Made by a program: the position numbers and the translations under genes. Positions 1 to 12,418 of a DNA stretch of 59,407 nt are shown piece by piece. The stretch covers positions 1 to 59,407 of the forward strand of contig JAUCBJ010008643.1 of assembly GCA_032718475.1 (NCBI GenBank), written 5' to 3'. Source of the DNA: Nemertoderma westbladi (lineage: Eukaryota > Animalia > Xenacoelomorpha). Every line of letters begins with the position of its first letter. The first letter of the stretch is position 1. The notes under the pieces were generated by a model. It did not search any database, had not been told where the DNA came from, and saw only the letters and a program-made list of their open reading frames with translations.

Positions 1-1439
1 TCTGTCAAAATGTGTTGCGTCGGTACTACTTTAGCCATAGCTGTCTTTATTGAGCCAATCAGCCTTTCCCAAACGCCGCCTCTCCACGGACTGTCTGGAG
101 TATTAAAATACCAAACAATACGGTGAGGACGTAGTTCCTCGGAAATCTGGTTTTGGTCCAATTTTCTCAAAGCTCTGGTTATTTCGTTCCGTGCACCCAC
201 AAAGTTTGTCCCTTGGTCGCAGTAAATGGATTTGACCAATCCACGTCTAGCGATAAATCGCCGTAAGGCTAGGATAAAGGCATTGGTGGTCAAGTCTGTC
301 ACTCGCTCTATATGGACAGCTCTGCTGGCCATGCAAGTGAAGATCAATCCCCAACGTTTTACCTGTACCCTTCCGCGTTTCGCGATTATGGGTCCAAAAC
401 AGTCTATCCCTGTCTCAGTGAAAGGGGGTCTAAACGCCTGTAATCTAGCTAGTGGTAGTTCACTCATTTCTTGGTGTCCTATCCTCGCGTGCACCTTCTT
501 ACAAATAATACAGTTCCGTGTTACCGAACTCAGTGCCTTACTAGGTCTAATCAGTACAAACCTCGAACGTAAGTGTGATAGACAGTGGTGTCTACCTACG
601 TGTTTGAGTTGTACATGTGCGTCCAGTATCATGGCGCGCTGTAACTCATGGTGTTGCGGTATGATGATAGGATACCTAAAGTCAAGTGCAAAGTCGATGT
701 TTTGGAGTCTGGACTTGTGACAAAGTAAGCCCCGGTAAATAATCGGACTCCAACTCAAAATCGGTGAAGACTTAATCTGTTTACCTTGTTTGATCGCTGT
801 GAACTCTTGTGCGAAATATCGCAATTGATAATGTCGAATGATATCAACTTCACAGTGGCCAATTTCCTTTAAGGTAAGTCTTCTAGGAAAGTCGCGTTTG
901 CCTCTGGCATATTGTCTCAATCGTTTGAGCCATGCTAACTTGCGGCACGCGTCAGTCCAGGATCTAGTTAGGTTCACTATCCTGTCAACGTAAGTGTTAG
1001 TGACGTCATCGGGTAAGGTGTAGTCGTAGTGTGGATACTTGTCTGGACTTGGTAGGCCCACGGGCCTTCCGGTAGGTTTGTCTGAGTCCCCAAGTACGTC
1101 AATCTCTACGGTCTTACCTTTGCCGTCCGCACCTAATGTGTCGACTGGCAGTAATGGTTTCAACTCTACAGTGTCAGTGTGTTCCTGTGAGCCTGTAAGC
1201 TTCCTAACCTTAGTCACACGTTTACCTGTAGGTAAGTCAAGTACCTTCTTCGAGCGGAGTGTAATCCCTGTGGCCACACCTTTGTCGTCCAAAGAAGTCA
1301 AATTCGGTAAGTCTCTAAAAGTCCGCTCCAATGGGTCTTCTAATGGAGTGTCTAGTAGACAGTCTGGTGAAGCGTCTGGTGAACAGTCTGGTGAGACGTC
1401 TGGTGAGACATAGCGCGGAACATCCGGCGAAATGTCCTG
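1..1439 (-). pseudogene. Integrase part of element A pol, in frame after a premature TGA and open to the window edge
   Basis: Manual translation gives HHCC (H..H..CIIC), TGIDCFGP, RRFIARRG, CDQGTNFVGA and WRGGVWERLIGSIK. It is in the same frame as ORF 1440..4841. Confidence 0.92.
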
Positions 1440-1760
1440 TCATTGGTCCCAAAGTCTGTCTAGCGTAACTTCTGTCAGAAAGTCTGGTTCAAAGTCTGGT
1501 GAACAGTCTGTCGAGATGTCTGGTGGAAAGTCTGGTGAGACGTCCGGTAGACATTCTGTCGAGAGTTCTATCAAACAATCTGGCGAACAATCCGGAGAAC
1601 AATCTGGTGTCGCTTCTGGTGAATAATCTGGCGAGTAATCTGGTGAACAATCCGGCGAAACGTCTGGTGAAATCTCCCGCGGAACATCCGGCGAAGGATT
1701 CGTACAAGCGTCTGGTCGAGTGTCTGGCGAGACGTCTGGCGTAATGTCAGGTCTGGCGTC
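1340..1760 (-). repeat. Coding 12-bp (SPDx)n tandem repeat between RNase H and integrase
   Basis: Two blocks of SPDV/SPDC/SPDY tetrapeptide repeats. Confidence 0.85.
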
Positions 1761-4700
1761 CAGGTCATCAGATTTCGTCCGTCCTTTTTTCCTCTTGACC
1801 TTGGCGTTGGCTTTCGCTTTAGACTTGACAACCTTGTCGAGTTTTATCTCGGCACCCTCTGGTATGGTGTTGGTCGTCGCGTCGAATAACGGTGGCCATT
1901 CGTCTGATGGTCGCTGTAGGAAATCGGGTCCTCTAAACCAAAAGGATTTATTGTCCGGTTTACAAAAGTCAAGTGGTTGCATCCCCCGTGACGCGATGTC
2001 AGCTGGGTTCAGCTTCCCTGGACAGTGACGCCAATCTTGTTTGAGCGACCGGTCTAGTATTTCAGCCCGTCTGTTGGCTACGAAAGTCTTGAACTCAAAT
2101 GCTTCGTTGTTTATGTACCAAAGTACCAACGTCGCATCCGTCCAATACGTGACCTTCAAGTTAGCCTCCAGCTCGCGTTGAACTAGACTGACAATATCGG
2201 TGGATATCGTCCCGGCTTGCAGCTCCCCACGAGGTACAGTCATATACTTCAATGGCATTGTTCTAGCCCTTGAAGTAACGAGAGATACATCGTAGCTGTC
2301 CGATGTCACTTGTCGTCTAAGGTATAAAGTAACCCCCAATCCATCCTTGCTAGCGTCACTAAAGCTGTGAAGCTCTAAATCGGCAGGAAAGGTGGTTTGC
2401 AAAGGAAAGTATACCCTTGGTATGGTATAGTCTTGTAGGAACGTCAGTTGGGCTTCCCAGTCCCTCCATCGCTCAGCTAACTTTTCTGGGATGGGATCGT
2501 CCCATTCCAGTCCGGCTTGCCAAATGCTGCGGAGTATGATCCTGGCATGTAGGATCACTGGACTAATGAAACACAATGGGTCATACAATCGACTCATGGT
2601 CGATAAGCAAGTCCTCTTAGTGAGAGGTCTAGTCTGGTCGTTGGACCTTACACGTACCCTAAAATTGTCGGTGTTAGGGTCCCAACTAAGTCCTAATACT
2701 TTGGTCGTCGGCAGAGGTTCTAGGTCTAAGTCCAAGTCACCTCCACTGCGATCCATCGGGTCAAATGAGTTCACCAGTTCGGGTTCGTTGGAAGCGAACT
2801 TCGTCAGGTGAAATCCGCCCTCAGCGAGACAATCCTGGAGTTGGTGTGCTACGGTTGTAGCGCGCTCCAAGGTGTCACAACTCTTGAGGCCGTCATCCAC
2901 GTAGAAGTCTCGTTCCACGGTCCGAACTACTTCTGGGTCAAATTGGTCTCGTCTGTCCAATGCTGTCTGCTTCAATGCGTACATGGTGCAGTTGGGGCTG
3001 TCCCTGGCTCCAAATACTCTTACCTGCATTTGGTAAGTTTCTGGCGGAAGTTGTAAGTTTCCGTCCGGATACCAAAGAAACCTCAAACTGTCCCTGTCCC
3101 GCTCCAAAGCCTTAACCTGGTGAAACATGGCCTCTACGTCACAGGTGAAAGCCACTTTGCGTTGTCTAAAACGCATTAGGACTCCCATGAGGTAATTATT
3201 CATATTCGGCCCGTCCATCAGTTCGCTATTCATAGACATCCCTTGGTAAAGCGCAGCGCAGTCGTTGACTACACGCACCTTGCCAGGTTTGTCCGGGTGT
3301 CGAACAAAATGATGTGGCAGGTAATATGTCTGGTCTGTGGTTACCTCGGGATTTAACATCCTAATGGCGTATCCCTTTTGGAGATACGTCTGAAGTTGTG
3401 CATTGTATTGCATATGGGCCGTCTCGTCTCGCAACAATCGCTGCCTTATTGATTTGAGTCGCCTCAAAGCAAGCGGGTAATTGTTAACGAGTTTAGGTTG
3501 TCCATCGCGCCACAACATACCAACCTCATAGTGGCCATTCGCGGTCTGGCGAATGGTATCTCTCATAATATTTAATGACCGTTTTTCCTGTTCTGACATA
3601 GCGGTCTCGTAACTACCGGGTTCTGCTGAGTCCTGTTCCAACCATTGTATGGTCCGTTCAGTCAGCAGTCGGTCAAGCGCTGCTTGCACTGCGCCATGGT
3701 CCTCGTCCACGTCTTCGTCCGCTGCGGTGGCTAGTGTCAATGTGTCTGGTAGGCTCGCAAGCCTTCCGGTGTCACTAGTCGGCGTCGAATCGTCGTGCGG
3801 CGGTTTGACAACCTTTTGATCTGTCGGTAGGCTCGCAAGCCTTCCAAGATCAACGACCGGTGTCGAAGCCTGGTGGGTGGGGTCAATGACCTTCGGATTT
3901 TTCGGTAGGCTCGCAAGCCTTCCAAAATCCTCGTTCATCGAGTCATCCACGGCAACAACCCTTAGGTCTTCAGTAGTCAATACAACCTGGTCTACTGCAA
4001 GTAGTTGTAAGTCAGAGGTCCGTATGGTCGTGTCCAGATCGGTTACGTCAGTATCGGTGGCGTCTGCGTTAGTGACGCAAGTCTGTCGTAGTGCCGTCCG
4101 TACAATTGGACCACAGGTGTGTGAAGGAGAATTATCTATCGTGTTAGTCAATAAACTACACGTACTCAAAACGTCGTCCTCCTGGTCACTTACCTCTAGT
4201 GAACGTATTGGTGCTCTAGTATACCAACCTATGGGAGTTCTACATGCGTAGGGGTTGCCCGCTGTAATAACAGATGGGCGTGTCTCCCATACCTGATGTA
4301 AGTTAAACTGGTATGTCCCAATTAACATCGCAATGGAACGATAATTAACAGGACATTCCGGTATTCCAAGGTGTCGGAAATACTTACGATCTTCCGGTGA
4401 TTGCTCTGGCACAGGGCCGAGCAAGTTACTAAAGTCCTTCGTAGCTGCAAAGGTCAAATTTCTTACCGGAAGTAATGAGCGCTCCTCCTTGCTGTGTTCC
4501 GCTTTGGAAAGAAGAGTGTCTAAAGTTAGTTTTACTCTTGTCACAGGAATCGCTCTCTTACCATGCATGCTGCTTACAGTATACTGAGCAGTCTTACCTT
4601 GACTCATGTCCGTAACTACGTCGGCTACTTGTTCGTCGACATAACTATGCGATGACGCAGAGTCTAAGATGGCGTATATACGCTTGCTCCCTCGGGTTCC

Positions 4701-4915
4701 GGTAATCTTTATAGGAATCACGCTAAACCCTTTCAATTGGTTCTGTGTGAGGAGCGTTATCGAAGGCTGTTCCTCACCTGCATGCACGTAAAAAGTGTCG
4801 TCTTCCTCCTGGTCCTCATCCGATGATCCTGACTGATCCATACAGTCGGTATAAAAGGTACGGATCTCGCGCGGCGCACGCTCCTTATAAAGCGCGTCGC
4901 ATCTAGCCGCTTTAT
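1440..4915 (-). pseudogene. Element A pol: aspartic protease, reverse transcriptase and RNase H
   Basis: The 1133-aa ORF has Pao-type PR/RT/RH motifs. The frame extends upstream to the solo-LTR insertion site and ends at an internal TGA. Confidence 0.95.
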
Positions 4916-4921
4916 CTGGAT

Positions 4922-5400
4922 TGTCATGAAGGAATCATGCAATTTGTGACATTGTTGACTGAAACCCTCACATTGTCGAAAGAAATATTGTTGTCTCCAA
5001 TAATCACCATATATTACGTATAATATAATAAATAATATAATAAATATCCTAAAATACAAGTATATCTTTCTGCACAAATTACTCACAGTACTCACAACCG
5101 TGAGTCTGTGCCAATATTGAAGACTGAGCTCACAATTCCAGGTTTTCTCAAACTAAAATTTCTACATAACATTAAGCTGAATAGCACTGCTGATATACTG
5201 TATTTATCGCCTGACTTTGTGTTACATCAAATTGTACTGTATCTCATAAATTGTACTGAAGACCGGAATTGTTTGCCTTTAACTAATTATTGAAACAATA
5301 AACATGATAAATAATGATACACATGATAAATTGCACATACATAATAAAAAACGGATATTGCCAATGAAGCTTACTCAAATTCCGATTACAATTTATGACA
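4922..5400. mobile_element. Solo LTR (479 bp) inserted at the gag-pol junction of element A
   Basis: Termini are TGTCAT...ATGACA, with a perfect TSD CTGGAT at 4916-4921 and 5401-5406. Removing it restores the frame ...RREHPDKAARCDALYKERAPREIRTFYTDCMDQ. Confidence 0.92.
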
Positions 5401-8400
5401 CTGGATGCTCTCGTCGAAAGCGTCTGGTCGGAGTATGACTAGTTGTGTGAAGCAACGCGTCATGGTTACGTCCACACAAAGAACATGTATCGTCGCTCGG
5501 GCAATCCTTCCGGACGTGTCCTGGCTTCATACATCTCCAACAGGAATCTAGAGATCGGATTTGGAGTCTCCTCTCCTCGATCCCTAACTCTTTAAAAGCG
5601 CGACATCCACGTAGTTTATGTCCGCTATGGTTTCTGCCATTCCGCTCGCAGTATGAGCATCCCACAAAGTCCGCCGGCAACTGTTGTCGTGGCTGCGTGG
5701 TGCCGATAGGCGTCAGAACTTTAGAAGTCTCAGTAGGGGTGGCGTAAGTAACGGCTTTCGCGTTCGTCGGAAGTGGTTTTGTCCGATTCGGCGCAGAAAC
5801 AGCTATCCCTTCTGCCGCGATATGGTGATCGGTATAGTTCGATCGAGTCTCGATCACGGCCTCCCGTGAAATAAGTTGATAGACATCGGTGAGTTTTAAT
5901 AACCCTCCGGCCTCTTCGCGCTGGTACTCGATGCGTCGCCATTCTCTTCGTAGTCGAAGGTGAAGTCGACCGATTATTCGAATGAGAACCGTCGGTGCGT
6001 TACCGTACTCGAGTTGTCCAATGGACCGTAAAGTCCCTATAGCGTTCTTTATTTCGTCCGCGAGTCGTAAAAGGTCGATCGGTCTCGAAATGTTGCCTCC
6101 TCTGCAGAGGTCTTCAATGATGGATTTAGCCATGGCGACGTTACCGCCGTAAATCGAATACAAACGGTCGTACGCCAATTCAAAGGCATCGGGAACTCCA
6201 ATGAATGTTTCCGCTAATCGTTTCGGCTCACCAGACAGAACTTGGAGCAAGTAATTAAACTTCTCCGTCGAGGTGAAAGCACACTTAGCGATCTGGGACT
6301 CTACGTAGTCTACCAGTGTGTGCCAGTGTTTCGCGTTGCCAGAGAACTTCGGCGGTTGCTGTGCCGGTAATCCGTGTCTAGCCGCGAATTTCGCAATCTT
6401 GCTAACTAAATCCAATTGTCCGCGTCCCTGTTCGGTGGCGTCGTCCAGTCGCTCCCTTCCGCGCGTTGTTCGTCGGTAGGAATTATTAACGGGATCTTCT
6501 TCTCGATGTGTCGGAGTCCGTCTAGTCTCCTGTTCTCTCCTCGGTGGTCGATGTTGTCTAGGTTGTTCCAACTCCACGCTGGTTCGAGATCGATCCGACG
6601 GTTGCGCTTCAAGTCGTTCTTCGAGTTGAGCTATTCTGTCCGTCATCTCGGTGAACTGTTTAGCGCTGATCGTTTCCGCTGGTTTCAACGTGGGTTTTTG
6701 TTGGGGTGTTTCTCGAGGTGGATTGTCGATGTAGGGATTCGTCGACCTCTCCTCTCGTTTGTAATCTTCCGCCGCTCCAGTACGGAATATTTCCCGTTCC
6801 GTCGACTCCGAGTCGCTAGATGAGTCGCTGTTGTCCGGATAAGGTGGCTGGCGGGTTCGTGTCCGGCGTATTATTCTCGGTTTCGTCCGTTGTGGTCCGG
6901 AATCTACGGCTCTCCATTGTTCGGTAGGCTCGCAAGCCTTCCACGAAGTCGTAGGTCTCGCTATACGTTGTCCGATCCCGTGGGTACCACCCACATCCAT
7001 CCTCCTCCGTAGTTTGGTAGGCTCGCAAGCCTTCCACGAAGTCGTAGGTTGCGTCGAACATTGTGTCAACGGTCGAGTGAAATAGTCGGGTTTCGTAGTC
7101 GGTCTGTAAATAACTGGATTTGCACAGCACGTCACAGGTTTAACTTGTAATGGTTTACTCACCTGTTTAATGGTCATAAACGCAGGTTCCTCTCTTCCTA
7201 CAAGTAGACTACGACTTACTGTAGGTGGACTAGTTACGTTACCTGCTAAAATCGGCGATGAAGTCGCCCTAGGTTGCGGTATTTCCGTCACAACAAACCT
7301 GTTGCCTTGCGTCGAATGGACAGGCGTTATTTCCTTACGTTTCGTAACGAAGACCGGTTTTATCGGAGTCGTGGGTTTGAGCATAGGAATAACTTGGGGA
7401 AAACGTTTACAGTAATCCTCGACGAACTCCTCTCCTCGATCTATCGCTCCCACACTTCCTTCCTCGATCCGCTTCTGTATTCCGCGATATCGAGCTTCCA
7501 TGCGATCCAGGGCAGACAAGTCATGTCCAGTTCGCGATCTTATAGATCTATCTCTCGCGTCGAGTTCGAGGTCCGCTTGCGCGTTCGCTGTCTCGCGCGA
7601 TCTACGATTCAATTCGAACTGTAGTTGCATCTCCCTTTCGCGTCGATCCGCTACTTGTTGTTGTGCCGCTAACTCCGCTTCCTGTATAGCTAAATGAGCG
7701 TTTATTTGTCGCGCCTCCAACTTGGCACGAGCGTCGGATGCTGCTTTCTTTCGTGCTAACTCGTCGGCTGCTGCCGCCGCTTCTCGCGCTAAGTCCTCCT
7801 CCAGTCTGCGCATTTCTGAAGCTTCGAATTCGGCTTGCGCCTTGAGTTGCGCAATTCTTGCCTCGTCCTCTCTATGTTGTTTCTCTCCTTCGATGGCGAT
7901 CTGGGCCATCTGGTGTTGCGCTTCTTCCTCGGCGACTAGTGAGAACTTCCGTCGTCCCTCGCGGTTCGACTTCCGGTTCGTCGATCGGTACGCCGCATCT
8001 ACGAAGAAAATTGGTCAGCGTTTCCAACCTTCCGTCCAGGCAGTAGAGTTCTTCTTCCTCTTCGGGTTGTAACAACGCGTCCGAAACTGACTCACCTAGC
8101 AGTTGGTCAAACTGCTCCTGTTGAGCCAATCTTATTACTGACTTAAACTGGATAATGCTTTCTCTCGCACTTACTAATTTATCTACTATCTTTACCTGAG
8201 TAAAGTTGTCGCCACGCAACTCCGCAAGTTCGTGTAAACCTTTAAGTTTATCTACGGAGGCATGTACCCTACTTTCTATCCTTACCTGTAAGGTGTAGAA
8301 CTCGTATCTCGACATCGGGGCGGTTAACTCGCGTAAAACGCGAAAACCTTCTCCGAGGTTCCGAGTAATCTGGCCATGTGTCCTCCTATACTTCTAATAA

Positions 8401-8659
8401 CGTTCTCCTGGCTTCCAGTCGAACTTACCATGTCCGGTTCCCGTGATCTAGTCTGCGGGACGGTAAGGAAATCTTCGATTCTGCCGTCGCCACGCGTTGC
8501 GGCTTCCGGTATTTCCGTTCGGGGTACCGGCGACGCAAGCGGTGTGACATCGGTGGAATCTCGGGTTCTCCTCCTCGGTTCGTCTACTGTCGATCTGTCC
8601 GGGTCGCACGAGTCATAGTCGGTAGGTGGGTATCTCGTCGAATGGGGTGTGTCACTCAT
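5401..8659 (-). pseudogene. Element A gag, broken by two frameshifts (~8330 and ~7900-7990)
   Basis: ORFs 8324..8659, 7872..8315 and 5393..7909 give a coiled coil, a DUF1759-like region, and CSYC..H..C, CWRCMKPGHVRKDC and CSLCGRNHDALLH. Confidence 0.9.
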
Positions 8660-11219
8660 GTCTTATTATATACGTCAAGTACGGGTAATAAAATGTCAAA
8701 GTGTCTGAATGTTGAAGTGTCAAACTTACCTTGGTATATATAGTATATATATACCCTAACCGGTACAAATAAATCAACAAGTCAGAATGTCGAAATGTCA
8801 AAATGTCGAAATGTACAAATGTCAAACTTACCTTGATATATATATATATCATATATATACCCTAACCGGTACAAATAAACTAACAAAGTATATAATAAAA
8901 TAAGTAGTAATCTAGCCTACCGGCTAAATTTGTACGAATAAATGAGATAACGATATACGTTAACAAAATATAGATCAACAAGTACGAATAATAGGCTAAA
9001 CAGCAACGTCTAACGGGAAAATAAGTACCAACAACACTACTAATAGACAGTGAAACCCACAAATTTTGAGTACTACTGTGCTTTCTTAAGTTTGAATGAC
9101 GCGAGTCGTAAAACTTACGTTCCTTTGATCTTCCAGTCGTACAAATTCCCAAATACAAACCGGACGTGGGTCTTTCCGTTTTTCGGCGGCGCGGACGAAT
9201 TTATTGTCTCCCAAACTTTGCGAAAAGCGGTCTAATCCTCGAAGCGGTCCAGAAATGAGTCCTTGAGTCCTGAAAAGGTCGAAGGTGAGAGTTTTACTTC
9301 TACGCTTACGAAAAATCTTCCTAGGTACCGATACAAATTGGTCTTTAAACCCTATGTACCTTTTCAAGTACCGAAAGTAACACCGCACACACACGGCGTA
9401 AAACAAAGTGCTACAAACTAACTGTTAGCTAGTCAAATATTAAATACGAAAGTACTAGCTACCCTAAGAGCCTACTGAAGCAGGGGACGTTCTAAATTAC
9501 TAAATTTACTAACCTTAAATTTTAAATATCTCCTACTTTCAATAGCTAGCAGATCTAAACTATACTATACACTAATTTCAGAATTTGTATAATATACTTC
9601 CTACTGTAAGGGTCCAGTAGTATACCGCTTACCAGATCCTAGTAACGATGTATCTTACTATGAGACTCTAGTAATGTATACGGGCTCGTACAGTATCTGA
9701 CAACAAATCCCAGTCCAGGATATCTAAACAAACAGATACAATACACAAACGACTACTGGCGAGGAACAGAGCCTAGTATCTATTCTATGTACGTGAGCGG
9801 GTCTAATGCCTACGTACTAGACAAAAGGATACCTGTCCTCTAACCGGTGAGGCAGATGTACAGTTACAGTAACAGACCAAACTCACGGGAAAACAATCCC
9901 CGCGCAGCGAATCCTAACTATCACTGACAGTCCTAAATACAGTAACTTGCCGCGGTGTGATTTATATGGTTTATATACGAACTAGGTGGTTAACAGACCT
10001 AGTGTAACAATGCTGATTACCCCTGTCTAAATCAGCCTAGAAGGTCGTGCCTAAATGTAACGATAACTGATCCCCCTGTACGAAATCAGTCTAAAGGGTC
10101 AGGCCTAAATGTAACAATAACTGCTGGACAGAAATCAACAGTTTATAACGAAAGTGAAATACTCCTTATTGCCGCAACTAAATCAGATCCTAATTTTACA
10201 AATACAGATAATTTCTACCTAAAGTAATGTATAGTGCGCTATAGCTAGTAGAACTTTAAGGGCAATATGTTTTAGGGCGTGTGTGTGTGGGTGTGTTACA
10301 AATAAAACAATTTCGTGTAATTCCTTTACTAGGTTTTAGTGATTTTCTGACTAAATGATACCGTGCGCTAGCTACTAAAATAAACTAGTCGCGTTTGTAG
10401 AACTTTATACTCACAAAATGACGTCAAAGCTCTCTCCTTCCTATCCACAACCCAATGGGCAACCACAGTGTTAGTAACTACACCCGTGATTGGCACTAAT
10501 ACCAGATTCTGGTTGTAAGATAAGGAATAGGGGTTAATTGCTACCGTACGTTAGCTGATCTGGTATACTAATTTAATTCTAGAACTTTGTTGCTGCGGTA
10601 GTTAGCAGCAATACCTATCAGTACGTGGCAAGGCGCGGTAGGATATTAATAAACCTCCCTAGGCCAAGCAGTGTGCCAGTAGCAGAAATACTCCTTGCCT
10701 GATCAAATAGCTAACTCCAGACAGGGGGGGGGGGGGTACTAATGTACGTTCTACAAAGCGAACCGGTACCAAACAGTCAGTGCTACGACTCACTAAATTA
10801 TGGAACATATGCTGTCCGTACCTAATATGTACTCGCGTACTGACGAATGGCAATAGTTCGCACCTGTAGGAAGTACAGGTTAACCCAGGGGTTCGTAGGA
10901 CTGACAAAGGGGGGGGGGGGGTGTTTCTGTCTGAATATAATTATTTGATCCTAAATTTGCGGCGTCCAGTACGGCGTCACGCTTACCCTGATCTATAGGT
11001 CTTACGGCGGGCAAGGACGTCGAACAAAGTCTTACCTTCTCACAAAGCGGGCGCTGCATAGCAAGTGGAGTATTTCGAAGGGCAAAGGGGTGCGCGGTCG
11101 ATCCAATGTGGGCGCTAGTGTGTTGTGGACATCTCTTCCCTGCGTTGCTTACCGCCTAACGGTCTAGGCTGCCATCTCCCTGATGTTTGGCTGTCCCAAA
11201 GTTGGACCAAAAGAAAACA

Positions 11220-11650
11220 TGTTCAGGAATTTGCAGTATATTTACAGTTTTACAAAGGATTTATCAAATAAAGTTTCAACAAGAAACCGAAATAAACTAG
11301 AGTGACAGAAAGGTGAAATGATCTAAGAAGAAGGGTAAAATGATCTAAGAAGAAGGTAACGTAAGAGGTGATAACCGAAGGCAAACCGGCCTTTTATACT
11401 AAATATCGCACATGGAAACTAAACAGAATTTTCCACAGCTTCACATTTGAGCAATAAAGTGCTTCGTGCCCTATGATTGGCCCAGCTCATTGTTCAACGC
11501 AGTCCGGCCCTTACACTAATCTGGGACATGGAATCCTAACAGAATTTTCCACTGCCTCACATTTGAGCAATAAGATAATTTATGCCCTATGATTGGCCTG
11601 GCTCATCATTCGCTACGTTGTACGCTTCTCATTGGCCTACCAATTAGCAC
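11220..11650 (-). repeat. Probable 5' LTR of element A
   Basis: On the minus strand it ends ...CCTGAACA, followed by TGTTTTCTTTTGGTCC (BEL-type PBS-like). It has TATAAAA near 11395 and duplicated CCAAT-containing ~117-bp blocks at 11420-11610. The partner LTR is not in the window. Confidence 0.6.
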
Positions 11651-11679
11651 CAAACGAAAATAAATGGCCCCAAAATACA

Positions 11680-11756
11680 AATTTCCCGACCGGGATTCGA
11701 ACTCGTAACCTATGTAATGTAACCAATGCCTTAACCATCTGACCACTACGCCACGA
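11680..11756 (-). mobile_element. tRNA-derived SINE head or tRNA pseudogene
   Basis: Minus strand reads GTGGCGTAGTGGTCAGATGGTTAAGGC...GAGTTCGAATCCCGG (A and B boxes). The cloverleaf is poor. Confidence 0.55.
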
Positions 11757-11895
11757 GAGTACCTAAGGGTTTTATGTGTACAAATATGAATAGGCATATT
11801 ACATTACTGTAACTCAATCAAAATACGTCGGATTTTCGAAAGTTTTTATGTTAAAGTTAAACTACAAATGCTATCTTATAGTGAAATAATTCATC

Positions 11896-12365
11896 AGTCT
11901 ACGCAGTACTCGTCTTCATTATATGCCTCGTTGCGCTCGTCATTCGTCCCGTGTTGTCATAAAATATTTTTCCTAAACGCAGACTGACGAACTTTATACA
12001 GTTATAACTATGCGAAGTTTTGAAACTGTGCGAGTAACTGCTGATACATCTATGTGGAGATGTGTGATACAACGCCAACGCATCGTATGCCGATGTAGTA
12101 ATATGGGTATTGAAATAATATTAAATCAATGTACACTCTTAAAGCTGCAGCGAAAAATTGTAGCTAATTTCCTTGGTTACATATAAAATAATAAAATTAT
12201 TTTTAAGAACATTAATTTTACTACTTTACAAAAATTCAATTAAAAAATAACCAGACAAATACATTGTGGAATAAACTATTTCATATATAAGCCTACACAA
12301 CAGCCATGCCACGGATAGTATTTATGTTATTATACATGTATCTGTCATTTACCTGAGATAGCAAT
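11896..12365. repeat. Left arm (part 1) of a large inverted-repeat/foldback element
   Basis: Reverse complement of ~29145..29579. Confidence 0.85.
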
Positions 12366-12418
12366 TGTAAAGGCTTTTGCGGAATTAGCTGGTTATTTTC
12401 CCCGCAAAGGAATTTTCC

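Larger units (their letters stand above)
1..11650 (-). mobile_element. BEL/Pao LTR retrotransposon A (degenerate, 3' end outside the window)
   Basis: Domain order is gag (DUF1759-like PPKFSGNAKHW, triple Cys/His knuckles), PR (ILDSASSHSYV), RT (YLPHH, FYVDD), Pao RNase H (FSDAS, YWTDAT, NPADIASRG) and IN. There is a ~2.5-kb leader and an LTR end near 11220. The outer LTR boundary is uncertain. Confidence 0.93.

Noticed and set aside
226-4251. Plus-strand ORFs over element A pol
   Set aside because: They are antisense shadows of the pol frame with no recognisable motifs.
4922-5400. AT-rich gag-pol spacer as an intron or intergenic region
   Set aside because: TG..CA inverted termini and a perfect TSD show it is an insertion.
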